Assembly: GCA_030265395.1 (NCBI GenBank) | Contig: JARFYF010000074.1 | Location: 16,769,893-16,833,892, forward strand | Source: Rhina ancylostomus | Taxonomy: Eukaryota | Direction: 5' to 3' | DNA: 64,000 bases | Part shown: positions 22,803-36,008 of the stretch, in pieces | How the letters are laid out: every line of letters begins with the position of its first letter | Position numbering within the stretch: the first letter of the stretch is position 1 | Translations under genes and position numbers: made by a program | Notes under the pieces: model-generated | Databases searched by the model: none | The model's input: the letters and a program-made list of their open reading frames with translations, nothing else | Told to the model about the DNA's origin: nothing

Positions 22803-23599
22803 NNNNNNNNNNNNNNNNNNNNNNNNNNNNNNNNNNNNNNNNNNNNNNNNNNNNNNNNNNNNNNNNNNNNNNNNNNNNNNNNNNNNNNNNNNNNNNNNNN
22901 NNGACTCGAAGGGCCGAATGGTCTACTTCTGCTCCTATTGTCTATTGAAAGACGTATTAGGACATAGGTAACATCTATGCTAAGCTTAAATCTTGTCCCT
23001 GGAAATTTAAAATAAGAATGTTATGCCTGCTGAGTTTGCTCATCAATAAATACAGTTCAGTGCACCATTTAGAGTCATAGTAATACAGCATGGAATTTCA
23101 TCCATGCCGACCACGGTGCCCACCGAGCTAGTCCTATTTGCTCGCATTTGGCCCATATCCCTCTTAAATTCTTGCTACCCATTTCCAAATGTCTTTTAAG
23201 TGTTGTTATTTAAATTCACTTATACCACGTGCAACAAAGTCCAACAGTTTCAAGGGTCTTTTTTTCTTTGAGAATTTGTAAATATCTGAAACGTTCACTT
23301 ATTTCCTTGATTCCATTGGAGCAAACCACAGAACAGCACAACATACAGAAGTCAGCAACCTATGGATTCCAACTACAACCCGCGTGTGTGTGAAAATTTC
23401 AAAGTTGCTGTGAACTTCTTAATGATGGTCGATGTTTTTTAGTTCTACATCTGCACATCCATCAGAAAGCGCATTATTTGAAAAGAGTAGATTTACAGAA
23501 AATTAGAGGAAAAGGTAAAAAAAGTATATATATATTAATTCTCAAGGTCTTTAAGTTTCCCTGAGAGGGAACAAATCAAATCAGCAGAAGTATCTTGGA

Positions 23600-26010
23600 G
23601 GAAATGATCTGAGCTCATTTCTTAATAATATGTTAAGGGACAAACCAAAAAACAGGTTATCTTGCATTTAGCATTGTGCTGATCATAATATGATAGAATG
23701 CTATATTAAGCTTGAGAGCTTTAAATTTAAACAAAGCCATATACAGAAATATGGTTGAGGCCAAGTTGTCTGAATTAAACTGGGATATCAGACTAAAATA
23801 TATCATGGTAGATTAACAACAGTGAACATTTAAAGACATCATAATGAATAAATATACATACACTTCAGCTTTAAAATTCCATTGGAAATGTGGTACAACC
23901 ATGGTTAACTATAGAAGTTGACAGCGATTAAAAGAATGGTTTCCAGTGTTGCCATAAACAGTAATGAACCTGAGGATTGGGACAGTTTTAAAAATTAGCA
24001 AATGATGATGAAGGAATTGATAGAGGCAGAAAATAGAATATGAGCAAGAGATATAAAAACAGATTGTAAGAAATTAGCAAAAGTAAACATTGGTCCCTTA
24101 GAGGGAGAAACAGTGGAAATTATATTGGGGAATAAGGAAATGGCAGAGACACTAAACAATTATTTTGTCTCTGTTCACAGTGGAAAACACAAAGAACATA
24201 TCAGAAACTGTGGGGAGCCAAGGGGCTAATGAGAGTGAGAAACATAAAAGTAATTAATGTTCGTGAAGAAAAAGTATTGGAGAAATTAATGGAATTAAAA
24301 GCCATCAAATCCCCTGAAATTGGTGGCTTACATTTTGTGTTTTAAAACAGGTCGCAGCCTAGATAGTGAAAGCATTGGTTTTGATGCTTAGACGCTGCAG
24401 CGGTCTCTTTGGTTTGGAGATTGCCAAGATGTCAACCAACTGTACAAGAATGGAACGAGAGAGAAATCGGGTCATTACGCATCAATTAGCCTTGCATAAG
24501 GAATAGAAAACTGTTAGTATTTCTTTTTATTATGTACATGGTGGAAGGGCATTTTTTAAAAGAAGTCACTGTGATTAAGCAGAGGCAGTGTGGTTCAGGA
24601 AAGGAAGATCATATTTGACCAACCTAATTATGCTTGTTGAGGTTGTAGTAGGGCAGATAAATGGAGGATATGTTTGAGTATATTTAGACTTTAAAAGTGA
24701 ATGCAATAAGGAGCCACACAGCAGGCTGTTGGACAAGATTGGGGGTGGGGGTTTGGGTAATAAATTAATTTGGATTGTGGATTGGTTAACAGTGAACAGG
24801 GGGGAGGAGGAGGAATAAATGGGCCATTTTTGGGAAAACACAGAATGCAGCAAAGATCAGGGCAGAGACCTTAGCTGTTTGAAATCTGTACCTACACATA
24901 TTGGCCTTTATTTCTCATAGCCAGGAGAGCAGAGTTACTCCCCCCATTCATGTTCAATGGTTACGGGATGATATGTCATATCTAAATTTAGACAAGATCC
25001 GTTGTTCAATTTCTGGATCTAATCTAGACTTTCAAATATTGTGGGGACCTTTTTTGAAGCACTTTCAAAACCATTGATTTGGTGCTTAAAGTACAGATAT
25101 TGGTTCATACTATTATGTCTTCAGGGCTTTTTAGAACCATGGAACAAAACAGCACAATACAGGCCCTTCGGCCCACCACGTTTTTCTTGTGTTTTTTTTA
25201 ACCAAACAGCTTCGGTCTTGGTAGTGGGTTTAGAATTTTTTTATAATAAAATTATTCCAATTTATTAATATTAATTAGCTATCATTTCTGTTTATCAATG
25301 AGGTATTGTGATTTCAAGTATGACTCAATACAATGTATTTTGTAACATTTTGTCTTGTGTTTGATTCATGTACTTTGTATTTTCTATGTGGAATTAATAA
25401 AAAATATTGTAAAAGAAAGAAATCTATACCAATGATTTAGATGAAAGGATCAAGAGTATTATTTCAAAGTTTGCCAATGATATAATGCCAGATGAGAAAC
25501 TAAACTGTGAGACTGGNNNNNNNNNNNNNNNNNNNNNNNNNNNNNNNNNNNNNNNNNNNNNNNNNNNNNNNNNNNNNNNNNNNNNNNNNNNNNNNNNNNN
25601 NNNNNNNNNNNNNNNNAAGAGATTGTACCACAACTATACAAAACATTAGTTGGGTCAAACTGGAGTAGGGTGTGCAATTCTAGTCACCACACCAGTGAAA
25701 GAATACAATTGCAGTGGAAAAAATTGTGGAGGAGATTCACCAACATTGCCTGTTAGGGAGCATTTAGCTAGGAGGAGAGGCTGGATTTGTTTTCCTTGGA
25801 GTGGAGAAAGCTGAGGGGTGACCTGATTTAGGTAGACAAAATTATGAAGGGCATAACTTTTTCTCTAAGGAGCAGTATTTCTAAAATCAAAGAATTGAAG
25901 GGTCGTCATGGGTCGATTGGAATGCAGAATTGAGGCTGCAGTCAAATCAGTCATGATCTTGTTAAATACAAGAGGGGGCTTGATGTGGCATGTGGTCTAC
26001 TCCTGTTTGT
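23600..26010 (+). mobile_element. Long decayed CR1 ORF2, interrupted by an L1 insertion and a gap
   Basis: GNKEMAETLNNYF near 24130; GFRKGRSYLTNL near 24590; VYLDFKS; NDLDE..SIISKFAND near 25430; YKTLVGSNLE near 25635. Confidence 0.85.
24893..25418 (+). mobile_element. 5'-truncated L1-clade LINE with a 12-bp TSD
   Basis: PPIHVQWLRDDMSYLNLDKIRCSISGSNLDFQILWGPFL (L1 ORF2 C-terminus), T-rich 3' UTR, AATAAA, A-rich tail. Flanked by GAAATCTGTACC (24881-24892) and GAAATCTATACC (25419-25430). Holds a short inverted CR1 tail at about 25130-25180. Confidence 0.85.
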
Positions 26011-27869
26011 GTCTTTGTTAATTGATCTGAGAGATGAGAGGATAGTTTTAAGACTTTGATAATTTTAAAAGACCGAGGTAACTTCATTGAACTGCATAAA
26101 ATTGTTTTGAGGATTGATGCCAGGTGGAGAGTCAATGCCGTGTAGTTGTTTCCCTGGTTGGAAATGCTGGGACTTGGGATAATTGTCTCACAAGAAGTAC
26201 TCAGTCATATAGGACAGAGATTTCTTTGCACAGATTTTCTATATTTGGAATTCTTGACTCCAGGATGGGGCATTGGTTAGAAGTTCACTGTGTTCCAAGC
26301 TGGGATCATTAGAAATTTGGCCACTGTGAAAATCAGATGAATGGCATTTGGGGGAAGGAAAGCAGTGTTGAAAGTTAAGCCAAGGTATTGAATGGGGGTC
26401 ATAGGCTTGAGATGCTGCCTGTACTTATTTCTTCTCTTCTTACAATTGCTCTCTGGAAGAAATTGATCTAATTTTATTTCTGTGTACCAAGGTAGTTTTT
26501 GCATCCTGAAGATTGTCAACTTCCACATTCATTAGACTGTTATAGTCAGTCTAATACAAAGATACAGCCAAGCCAGTTAAAACAAAAGGTTTGGAACCAA
26601 TCACTACCCACCAGAGTATAATTTCAAAACTTTATTTGTTCTCTTTTTGAGCTTCCCAGCTCAGGTTTTCCACCAGGACTTTTAACAATGTCATTAATTA
26701 GGTTTTTTAGGGCATTATCACCCGCACTAAATGTCAGTGGTAAGATCATTTTACATTTGATGTTCCGACTTCAGCGTGTTCACTTGTTTTGTTCACGGGA
26801 ATTGATCACAGGCTATACCCACTCAAACTGTGGAGGATCATGTCTACTTTAGGCTTTTCGAAGTCTGCAGTCTGTTTGCCAAAATAATGGTTACATGTTC
26901 TTGTATTTTCCAGGTTTGTTGCTAACTTTTATAAATGTAAGCTTTGGTTTGTTTGTGGGTGGGGGATATTTCAGTTAAATTCCATGCAAAATCTTACAGT
27001 CTGGATATGGCTGCAATTCCCCTTTAAAATCTGTAACAAAATGAAACCAGTTCAGTGGTAATCTGTTTCCATATAACGCAGTGTCTGAATCAATGCACTC
27101 AGATCACTGATCGATTTAAGCGATAATGGATATGCATGCATGCTGTCTTGGATCGAGAATAGGCTGAATGATTGAAGGACAGGACTGAAGGTCGACTCTG
27201 AGTCATTCTTTTAGCCAATTCTCGACTATCAAGATAGTACACACAAAACCGATCCCAGCTGCTCAGACATATTTTAAAGATTTTTAAAATTTAGCTAATT
27301 CCTGTTTATGAAATCTTGAGAAGGTTTCCAAATTGTGGAGCATGTTCACTTCAGTTAAACTGAGTTTTCAAGGACAAACCCACTGATTTCCCTGTATTCT
27401 TTCAGCTCATGTCTGAAAGGCTGAGGACAGCCACTGATCTTGGGTATGTTTGTGGCACTTGTGTCTTCCTGGGTCAGCTCATTTGCGTGTCCTCCAATGA
27501 ATTCACACGTGGATTGGAGCAGGCAAAAGGAGCTTCAGTGGCAAGAGCAGAAACTTGTCCTCCAGTGAAGTCTGTCACGCTTGGGGACAGATATTCTGAA
27601 TGCTGTTTGAAAGTCACCATGGTCCATTAATGGACATGTTATGCTCACACTGAGGGAATCAAGAAATGCAAGGTTAGTACAGGAAAGTGATTCTGAAGTA
27701 AAAGATCACCTTGTCAAATTTCTGAGCAAGTGCGAGAGGCTGCAAGTCCTACTCTTGCTTCTCTTTCATATGTGCCTGAGGATTTAGACATAATAAACAA
27801 ATGGAAGGGGAAAGGGAACCCAGGAGTAGGCTCAGAATGGTGACTGACTGGTTGTCAGGAATTGTCCCA

Positions 27870-28020
27870 CACATGCAGTACTCATAACACAGCAGGTGGC
27901 ACCTTATGGCAAGGAGTTTCATGCTCACCCTTCTCCACAAGGGTTGCAAGTTGCTGCAATAATGCTGAAAAATTTGGATAGTGTCACCTTGAGGGTATAG
28001 AAAGGCCATCTGTCAGATCA
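27870..28020 (-). pseudogene. Myb/SANT-like (Harbinger ORF) fossil
   Basis: FLYPQGD...LQPLWRRVSMKLLAIR resembles recalled VLYPQGG...LRRQWE.VAMEVNARS. Confidence 0.4.
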
Positions 28021-29399
28021 GTAAACCACCCCCCTCTCCTCGTCATCCATTTTAAATACTAAAACTTTCTCCACTCATTTCCGGTCCTTTCGATGATGCT
28101 CTGGAATCTTAAGTAGAGATCAAGGATGTCAGATCTTTATCTTAATGACCCAGGAAATTATACAGAAATTATACAAATGCAGGAAGTTGAGGATGTTATA
28201 TACATCCTCAAAATGTCTCTGCAGAATTCAAATCTCCAAAACATTTTCAAATATTTCCAGTGTTTTCTATTTCAAGAGACCAAGTCCTTCTCTTTCATTG
28301 CCATTGCTTTGAATTCTGTTGATTCAGTCATGTTATTTATTCTCATGATTCAGAATTCCAACTTTCCACAGTTGATCTAAAATGCTGGTGAGTGAAACAC
28401 CCTTCCCTTCTTTTCCTCCTCTAAATTGGTATGGGAGAGTGATTGTTAGCTATCGTTTTTGATGCCGGAATCGCGTCAAACCACTATAAATCCAAATCTA
28501 AATTGGATAAATACAGGACAGTGATGACTTCCAATCTAAAACAAGATCTTGGCATTTGTACCTTTCAATTAGACTAAAGCTAGCAATCGAAGCACCTGTT
28601 TTGAAGAATCTGTTGCAATACTTACTCAAGCTGAAAATTGGAATGTTTTGCATTTTTTTGTCAAGTCTTGCCATCACATATTCAGCTCAGATGCACTGTG
28701 AAGTTCCCTTCATGCTAACTTAATAATATTCCTTAGCTCCCCTCTGAGTAGATAGTCCCCAGAGCTCCAGAGTGAGATGTTCCATTTTGCACACTCACCA
28801 CTCTGAGAATATTAATTTGGTGCCAATGGGGTCAAATCATGCTGGCTGTAGCCAACTGTCCTGAAGGGAGCCCCTGATGTTCAGCCATTCATATGCAGCT
28901 TAGTTCTGAACTTATGCAGAGCAGTTTTAAGTCCAAGACAGCTGCCATCCATTTGGAGTCCAACAGCTGAGCCCAGTCTTGCTGGGATTCCCCAGCATTA
29001 GGTCCAAGCAATCTGCCTTTCTGATTATGTGCCAATCAGACCCCAGCATAAAATTGGAGACCCTCTTCATTTAAATAGGTTTCTGACTCTGGAGACTGGG
29101 AAAGTTAAATTTATTTTACCTTTTTTATTGATTTGTTGGTGTGTTCACATATTTCTAATTAACTACTGCTTTTGTAATTTGTTTAGTGAGTAACATTATT
29201 TCTAAATGTCTAAATATTGGAAAATGAAAATAAAACTTTAAAAAAAAGCTCTGCAGGCTTTAAAATTTGACAAAAACCTGGTCCAGCATTGCATTCTGTC
29301 AAAAATTATTGTGATTTCAGTGCAGGGCCTAAGGATATTGAGTCTTCCATACCCTCCTCCCCAGTGCAAAGGATGGGCAATATCATAAGATCATATCCA

Positions 29400-29635
29400 A
29401 CCCAGGGAAGTGTGGGTGGGTGGTTACTGCCAGCAGTGGGCAGGGTTCAGCACAACCTATTCCCATTTGGTATTCTGGGTGTTTTTGTGCTCGAACAAGG
29501 TTGTCCCACCTTCCTTCGTCTGGGACTTTTGTAAATGGAGAGCAATTTTTACTGACTCTTGTCTGTGCTGGATTTGAACTTAAGTTCTCTAAAGCGTAAG
29601 AACAATAGGCTCAGTCGCTGCACCACCCAATCCCT
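29400..29635 (-). mobile_element. Old tRNA-derived SINE (LF-SINE-like head)
   Basis: rc ggattgggtggtgcagcgactgagcc...aagttcaaatccagcacagac carries A-box-like and B-box-like elements. Confidence 0.45.
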
Positions 29636-30764
29636 TAAATATGACCTTTCCTTACTTGAGACATCCAACAGGTCAGGGAGTCCTTGCATAATCCCCCATG
29701 GCATTGTCATTAGCTATTTTGCAAGCTGTCATTTGATGCAGCTCTTGGCTCTGGACCAAAGGTTGGTGGGATTGACTCTTTTTGAGGGAATGGAAAGTGC
29801 CGTCGTTCCATCTATTGCATAAACTTCCATTGCACATAGTACCCTTTGGTAAATATGTCAACACAGCCCTTTTCCAATATTGAAAGGTGCAATAATTGTA
29901 AAATATAATGAAATAAACACTTGTTCTGTCCAGTATCCTTACAAAAAAATTAAATGACACCAGGTAAAATGCCTCCCTTAGGAGAGGATTGTGTGAAGTG
30001 CATGTACATTAAACTAACTATATGTCTTCAATATTCAAATTGACAGTGTAGTGCTTGATTGACTTATCTAGCAATCATGTTATTTTCTGTAAGTTGTCCT
30101 GCCTGGTGACATGACTAATAAACACCTTTACATATTAGGCAAATCAATTTGAATATCCTACCCAGTGAGAATTCATGTCTATTTCAATGAAAATTAAAGG
30201 TGCACACTGCAATTGTAGTAAACCTGTTTTGGTTTTGCTTGGAAGCTAAACTTGTGGGTGATTGGACCTTAAGACTTCAGTAGCCCTCTTCTGGGGAGTA
30301 TAATTTATCTTTGGTTCTCCAGTACCAGTTTGCAGTCACATTATTATCTTGCAGCAATACAACAGCACAATGTAAATGCATCTTTAATTGCTGCACGACC
30401 AGACTGACAGATATGGAGCTGTGTCAAATTTGATGATTCGCGTACAAAGCCTGTTTGATGAAAGACAATTTAGCATAACAGATCTTTAAGAAGATGCTGA
30501 CATAGCTGTATCAAAATGAGAACCTGAATTGACAAATTATGCTATAACCATCATGTGAATACTCTGATGTGTTTTATATTCACAAGCTGTACCACTGTTT
30601 TAGTTTGTTAATATCTTTGCAAATCCAGCTTTATAACTAGTGAAAAGTGACTGGAGTTAACATAACAGCTGGCATTTACTTGAGTCATCGTGTAACGTGC
30701 TTTGGTATTATAACTATAATTTTGATTTTATTGCTAATACACTGGGTATCTTTTATATTATAAA

Positions 30765-31030
30765 CATAAGCCATCCATCCCCTGAAGCTCCTTCTACTGT
30801 TCAGTAAGGTCATGGTGTCTGTATTTTAATTCCACTTACCCAACTTTGTTCAATATCCCTTGATATCCTAGCCTAACAATAATCTTTTGATCTCGATCTT
30901 GAAGATTCCAATTGATCCAAGCAGTCACAACCTTCGGGGAGCAAATCCCACGTTTCCATTACTCTTTACGCAATAAAGTGCTTGATTTCACTTGTAAATT
31001 ATGTGCTGACTTTGAGAAGAGTCTGTGCCC
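30765..31030 (-). mobile_element. Old CR1 3' fragment
   Basis: ccatccatcccctgaagctccttctactgttcagtaaggtcatgg..caaccttcggggagcaaatcccacgtttccattactct. Confidence 0.65.
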
Positions 31031-31059
31031 TAGTTTCCCCATTAGATTCTCCATACTAA

Positions 31060-33120
31060 TTCAGTTGAATCATTTTAGGATGAAATCTCCAGTGATTTAG
31101 GAAGTGACAAAGTGTCCAAGTAAGGGTGGAATAACATTCCTCATAACTCCAAGTGTGTCCTTTCAACTAACTTGGGGAATAGGCTTTAGAAACATACAGG
31201 GAGGACAAAATTAGCAAGCACTTGGATGTCAAGTTAATTTCAAAGCACACTCATGGTTTTGTAAAAGTCAGTCCATATTTCACTAACCTGATTGAATTCT
31301 TTGATGAAGTAACAGAGAAGTTGACAAATGCAATGCACTGGATGTTGTCCAATAGATTTTAAGCAAGTGTTTGACAAAGTACAACATGAATGTATGGTTA
31401 ACAAAGTCAAGACCACTGGAAATAGAAGGATTATTGTCACTTTAGATAGAAAAAAACTAGTTTTAGGACAGAAAATAGTGAGTTGTGATTAATGAAAACA
31501 GAAATGGCTGGAAACACTGAGCAGGTCAGGCAGCATCTGGGGAAAGGGAAACAAAGGCAATGTTACAGGTCTGATGAAGGGTCTTTGACTTGAATCATTA
31601 ATTCTGTTTCTCATTGCACGGATTCTGTCTGAACTGCTCAGTGTTTCCAGCATTTGTTGCTTTTATTTCAGATTTTTAGCATCAACAGTTTTAAAAATTT
31701 TCTTTTAAGAGTTGCGATAAATGTTTGTTTTTCTCAGAGTAGAGAATGACAGATAATCATTTTCCTAAGGGTCAATGGTAAGTCCGTAGCTTTTTTGAAA
31801 CAGACTTCCCATTTATCTGGACCCTGCATTAGACAACATCCCACTTTTGTCAACCACACAGTCAAGATCCATATCTCCATTAACCTTTACAATTTGCACC
31901 TCCACCTCAATGTCCATCACCTGCTAAATTGATAGGCATTGGAATTTTGTGAAGTGATTTTCCATTGGCTTGTGTTGATGCACCTGAGAAAGTCATCTTC
32001 CTATAGGCTGTGCTTTCCCTTCCCTCAGTTTACTAGCTTCCCATTGGCTGGGCTTGCTTCACAGTATACTAGTTTTCCACTGGTTCTTTCCCCAAGTGTT
32101 CTAGCCACCCATTGGATACTCAAATGCTGATGGAAGTGTAGGGAGGCTTTGACTTCATGTGCTTGATTCACTTGATTATGGATTGGTAATGTGAGCAATT
32201 GATTATGTTGACATATTTGCATGAGCCCAGAAGTGTTGACAAACTGGTAGGAGTTTGCATGTAAATGACCTGAATGCTGGAATATAGAGTAAAATGTCAA
32301 CATTTGGCAAGAATGTCAAGTTTGAGGGCTGTGGCAAACATTGAAGTGCCAATGAACTGCAACAGAATGTGGGCTTGCAAAATGGCAGAAGTGAAAGATG
32401 GAAATTAACACACAGAATTGTGAGGTGATGAACTTTGCCAAGAAGGATGCAGAGAGGCAATTTAGACTTCAAAAAATAGAACAAGAGAGTGGTACAGCAT
32501 GGTGTTTTGTACCCTACACTTTTATTTACGATCTGGGCTTCACAAAGAAAAGTGGAGAGTACAATATTAGGGAAGTTATGCTGTATCTTTATAAATCTCT
32601 GATTAGACAATGGTTAAGGTATTTCATCCAGGTCTGAAGACCATGTTGAGATAGTGTGGTCCCTGAGAGAGTACAGAGGAGATTTACAAAATGACTCCAG
32701 GAATGAGGAATTTTACTTCTTGGAAATGGTTTGAGAAGCTGGGGTTGTTGCCCTTGCAACAAAGGGGACTGAGAAGAGATTTGAGAGTGGTGTGCAAGAT
32801 TGTGACAGATATGGAAGAGATAGACAAAGATGGTGATGGTATAAGGACAAGAGGACACAGATTTAAGACTTTAGGCAGGAGATTCCGGTGAATAATTTTT
32901 TAAAATTATTATGCAGCAAGTGATAATGGCTGGAATTCTCTGCTGACAAGGACTGTGATATGAAAATGAACAATGAATTCAACAGAAATTTGGAGAGAGG
33001 CCCATGTGAAATAAACTTGGAGGATGATATGGACAGACTGAAGGAATGAAACAGACCGGATTGCTGTACAGAAAGGTGGCATTGATGTTATGAGCTGAAT
33101 GGCCGCCTCCTGTGTTATGT
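31060..33120 (+). mobile_element. Fragmented decayed CR1 RT region with nested insertions
   Basis: HGFVK..LTNLIEFFDEVT; DFKQVFDKV; MEINTQNCEVMNF; MLYLYKSLIRQ; FEKLGLLPLQQRGLRRDL..RTRGHRFK. Confidence 0.75.
31493..31690. mobile_element. Palindromic Penelope-derived element
   Basis: Perfect 18-bp arms gctggaaacactgagcag (31507-31524) and ctgctcagtgtttccagc (31634-31651); central ctgatgaagggtc. Confidence 0.85.
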
Positions 33121-33149
33121 TGGCTCAAAAACTGATCAAATTATAAATG

Positions 33150-33930
33150 ACCATTGCAAAACAGGAGGCTAGTTAGCCTATCGTGCCAATGCCATTCAGT
33201 AAAGAACCATTGAAATAAATCCAGTTTTCCAAATCTTGATTTGCAGTGCTATAAGTTGGGGTACATCTGGAATCTTCTTAAATGCAATGAGAGTCTGTGA
33301 CCCCATCACCCCTGAGTTCAGAAGATTGAGGGGAGAAATTTTCAAAGCATGATTTCCCTACCTCCATCATAGTTTTTCCTCACATTCCTTTCACTTGTGT
33401 TAAATCTATGAGTCCAACTACTAAAGGAGAAATTTTCTTCTCATTCACCCTACCAGTGCCTCTTATTGATTAAATATTGTGCCTTTTTTTGACTGACAAG
33501 GGGAAATAATCATAACCTAACCAGTCATTCTTCATAACTAAATTTCGCCACCTTTGGCCACATTCTCATAAACCTCCTCTGAATTACCACATGATATACC
33601 ATAGTACATTCCTGATGTGCCGATATCATAGCTGTAATATGGTGAATGTGAATGTTTTCTGTATCCTCTCTGTGGTCTTACTAATGGTTCATATAGTTTC
33701 AGCATGACTTTGTGGATCTTGTATTCTCTGCCTTGCCCAGTATAGGAAGGAATCCTGCAAGGCTTCTGGGTCATCCTATGTACCAGTCTTACTACCTTCA
33801 GGAATCTATGGACATGAACTTTAAGATGCTCTGCCTTCTACACTTCGAAACATCTTACAGTTCATTGTGAATTCTCTTCTCTTGTTCCCATGCACATTAA
33901 CTTTTCCATATTGAATTCCATGTGTCCCTT
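33150..33930 (-). mobile_element. Decayed CR1 3' half
   Basis: ORF 33538-33774 GREYKIHKVMLKLYEPLVRPQ; rc MEFNMEK near 33905. Confidence 0.75.
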
Positions 33931-35792
33931 AACCAATACGTAGTCATGTTCTGGAATTCCACACCATTCTTCTGCATTCAAAAAGATATGAGAACAACCA
34001 AACTAAGCTGGTTTCTATTTTCTTGAGTTTAGATGGTAATGTTGACTTCCAGTTGTATTTTACTTCTGAAGTTCTGTTTCATCTTGCCATGACTCCACAA
34101 TGTAATTAGTCCTTCTGGTTAGGGATGCATTTCCAGGCACTGGAATTTCAAATTCTCAGGTGTGGGTGGTAAATCTGTTGAGAAGTTTGGTGGCAGCAAT
34201 TCGTGATTGAAGTAGTGTTTACTGATAAAGTGACTTGCACATTCTGGGTGGAAAATTAGCAACATGTATTAATGAGTTGCATGAGAATGTAGATAGTACT
34301 TATGGTATTGATAGGAGTGGGAAACAGCACAGTTACTTAGATAATGGCATCATAGCTAAAACCCCCTCACATTATTGCTACATTGCAATTTCAAAATTGC
34401 TGATCCCTGTGAGTTTATTGCAGCTGTGTAGGTGAATTCACCAAACCCAAAGCTCTTGATAAGGCTGACCATTTTACTGTTAGCCTAACTTAAATTTAAG
34501 AGATTCTTTCATGAAGCATCTGCCTTGGCCACCAAATGTCCCTGGAGCATTAAAGACAATGAAATATTTCCAGTCCATTGCACTGTAATATGTGTGGCAG
34601 CCAATTGGTGTTCAGAAAATTTCTACAAATAGCAGAGTGCTACCAAATAGGAAAGTTGACTGAAGAAGTACTGTCCAATGCAGCATTACTAAAAGTTCCC
34701 TGTGTGGATTAATGCTGGTTTGTATAATTTTTACAGAAGTGTTCCAATTCAAATTATGAAGTTGCAGGATCTGCTAATTTCACAGCAATAACATGTAATT
34801 CTGTTAAAGCTGAGGAAATAAGTGGAGTATTGTTATAGTTTATTGGAGAATGAATACATGGGTTGGTACGAGAAAATGATCCAAAAAAGAATCAGGAAAA
34901 AAATTGTGTTTGTGAATTTTGTGGTTGCCCGAGTATGGTTAACATGCTATGGGAATAGACCAGGTTCACTGTTGAAGCACTCTGAGGACTTGTACACGAT
35001 GCAATCAATGCAGAATGAAGTCCTCAGTAAGATCATCTCAACAGTGCACAATTAATTCAGAGTAAAAGACTAACATTTCTCATTTCCACATGCGATAACT
35101 TTCTGAAACTCAAATATGAATGAGTCAATTTCCATACAAGTTTAAAGAACATATGGAGAATTGACCAATTGCTCTTAAAACCGATTTGTCCAAGATAAAA
35201 ATGAGAATATCGGTCTGATGGAACTAATTTTGCCCACAGTGAATTCCAATCCAGGCTGTCATGGTGATGGCTGTCATTTGATGCAGCTTGTACTCCGTGT
35301 CAACTAAAACATGTCACAGTAATTTGCTAACTATCAAGATTGCAACTCAGAAAATGGTTGACATTAATTTACCCCTGGATTCTTCATAGTGGAACTCCAT
35401 TTGTTGTGATCCCCAGCACTGGAACTTCGGCAATCGCCTCTCAAGTTCATATTTGGGCTGGGTCCTGCAGATTTCCAATCCACTGAGTTCAATGAGAGCC
35501 TGCAGGGAAGAAAGAGAACGGAAGTTTAAGCTCCATTTANNNNNNNNNNNNNNNNNNNNNNNNNNNNNNNNNNNNNNNNNNNNNNNNNNNNNNNNNNNNN
35601 NNNNNNNNNNNNNNNNNNNNNNNNNNNNNNNNNNNNNNNNNNNNNNNNNNNNNNNNNNNNNNNNNNNNNNNNNNNNNNNNNNNNNNNNNNNNNNNNNNNN
35701 NNNNNNNNNNNNNNNNNNNNNNNNNNNNNNNNNNNNNNNNNNNNNNNNNNNNNNNNNNNNNNNNNNNNNNNNNNNNNNNNNNNNNNNNNNNN

Positions 35793-36008
35793 ACATGATG
35801 TCATCTAAGCAGCATTCACAAGTAAAACATGCATTAAATATAAACAATTTTTACAAGAAAGAACACAGTTGGAATAAAAAAATAAACAAAGTTCATTTTT
35901 GTGCAAAGTGGTCACAGTGTTGCTAAAATATAGTGATTAGGGTTTTGCCAGTTGGTTCAAGAACAGAATGGTTGAATGGAAGTAGCTGTTGTTGAGCCTG
36001 GTGGTGAT
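35793..36008 (-). mobile_element. Rex1/Babar LINE 3' end (second subfamily)
   Basis: rc TTRLNNSYFHSTILFLNQ matches the TTRFKNSYFPSTIRFLN C-terminus; its 3' UTR runs into the gap. Confidence 0.7.

Noticed and set aside
26914-26936. Plus-strand microexon candidate
   Set aside because: 23 nt, not frame-preserving, weak donor context.
27420-27630. Possible RTE-clade LINE scrap on the minus strand (LHW.DK..IHV..HW.GH)
   Set aside because: Too degenerate to support by eye.
35347-35926. Long ORFs spanning N runs (also at 5941, 9070, 46807, 55840)
   Set aside because: Their length is an artefact of translating through assembly gaps.
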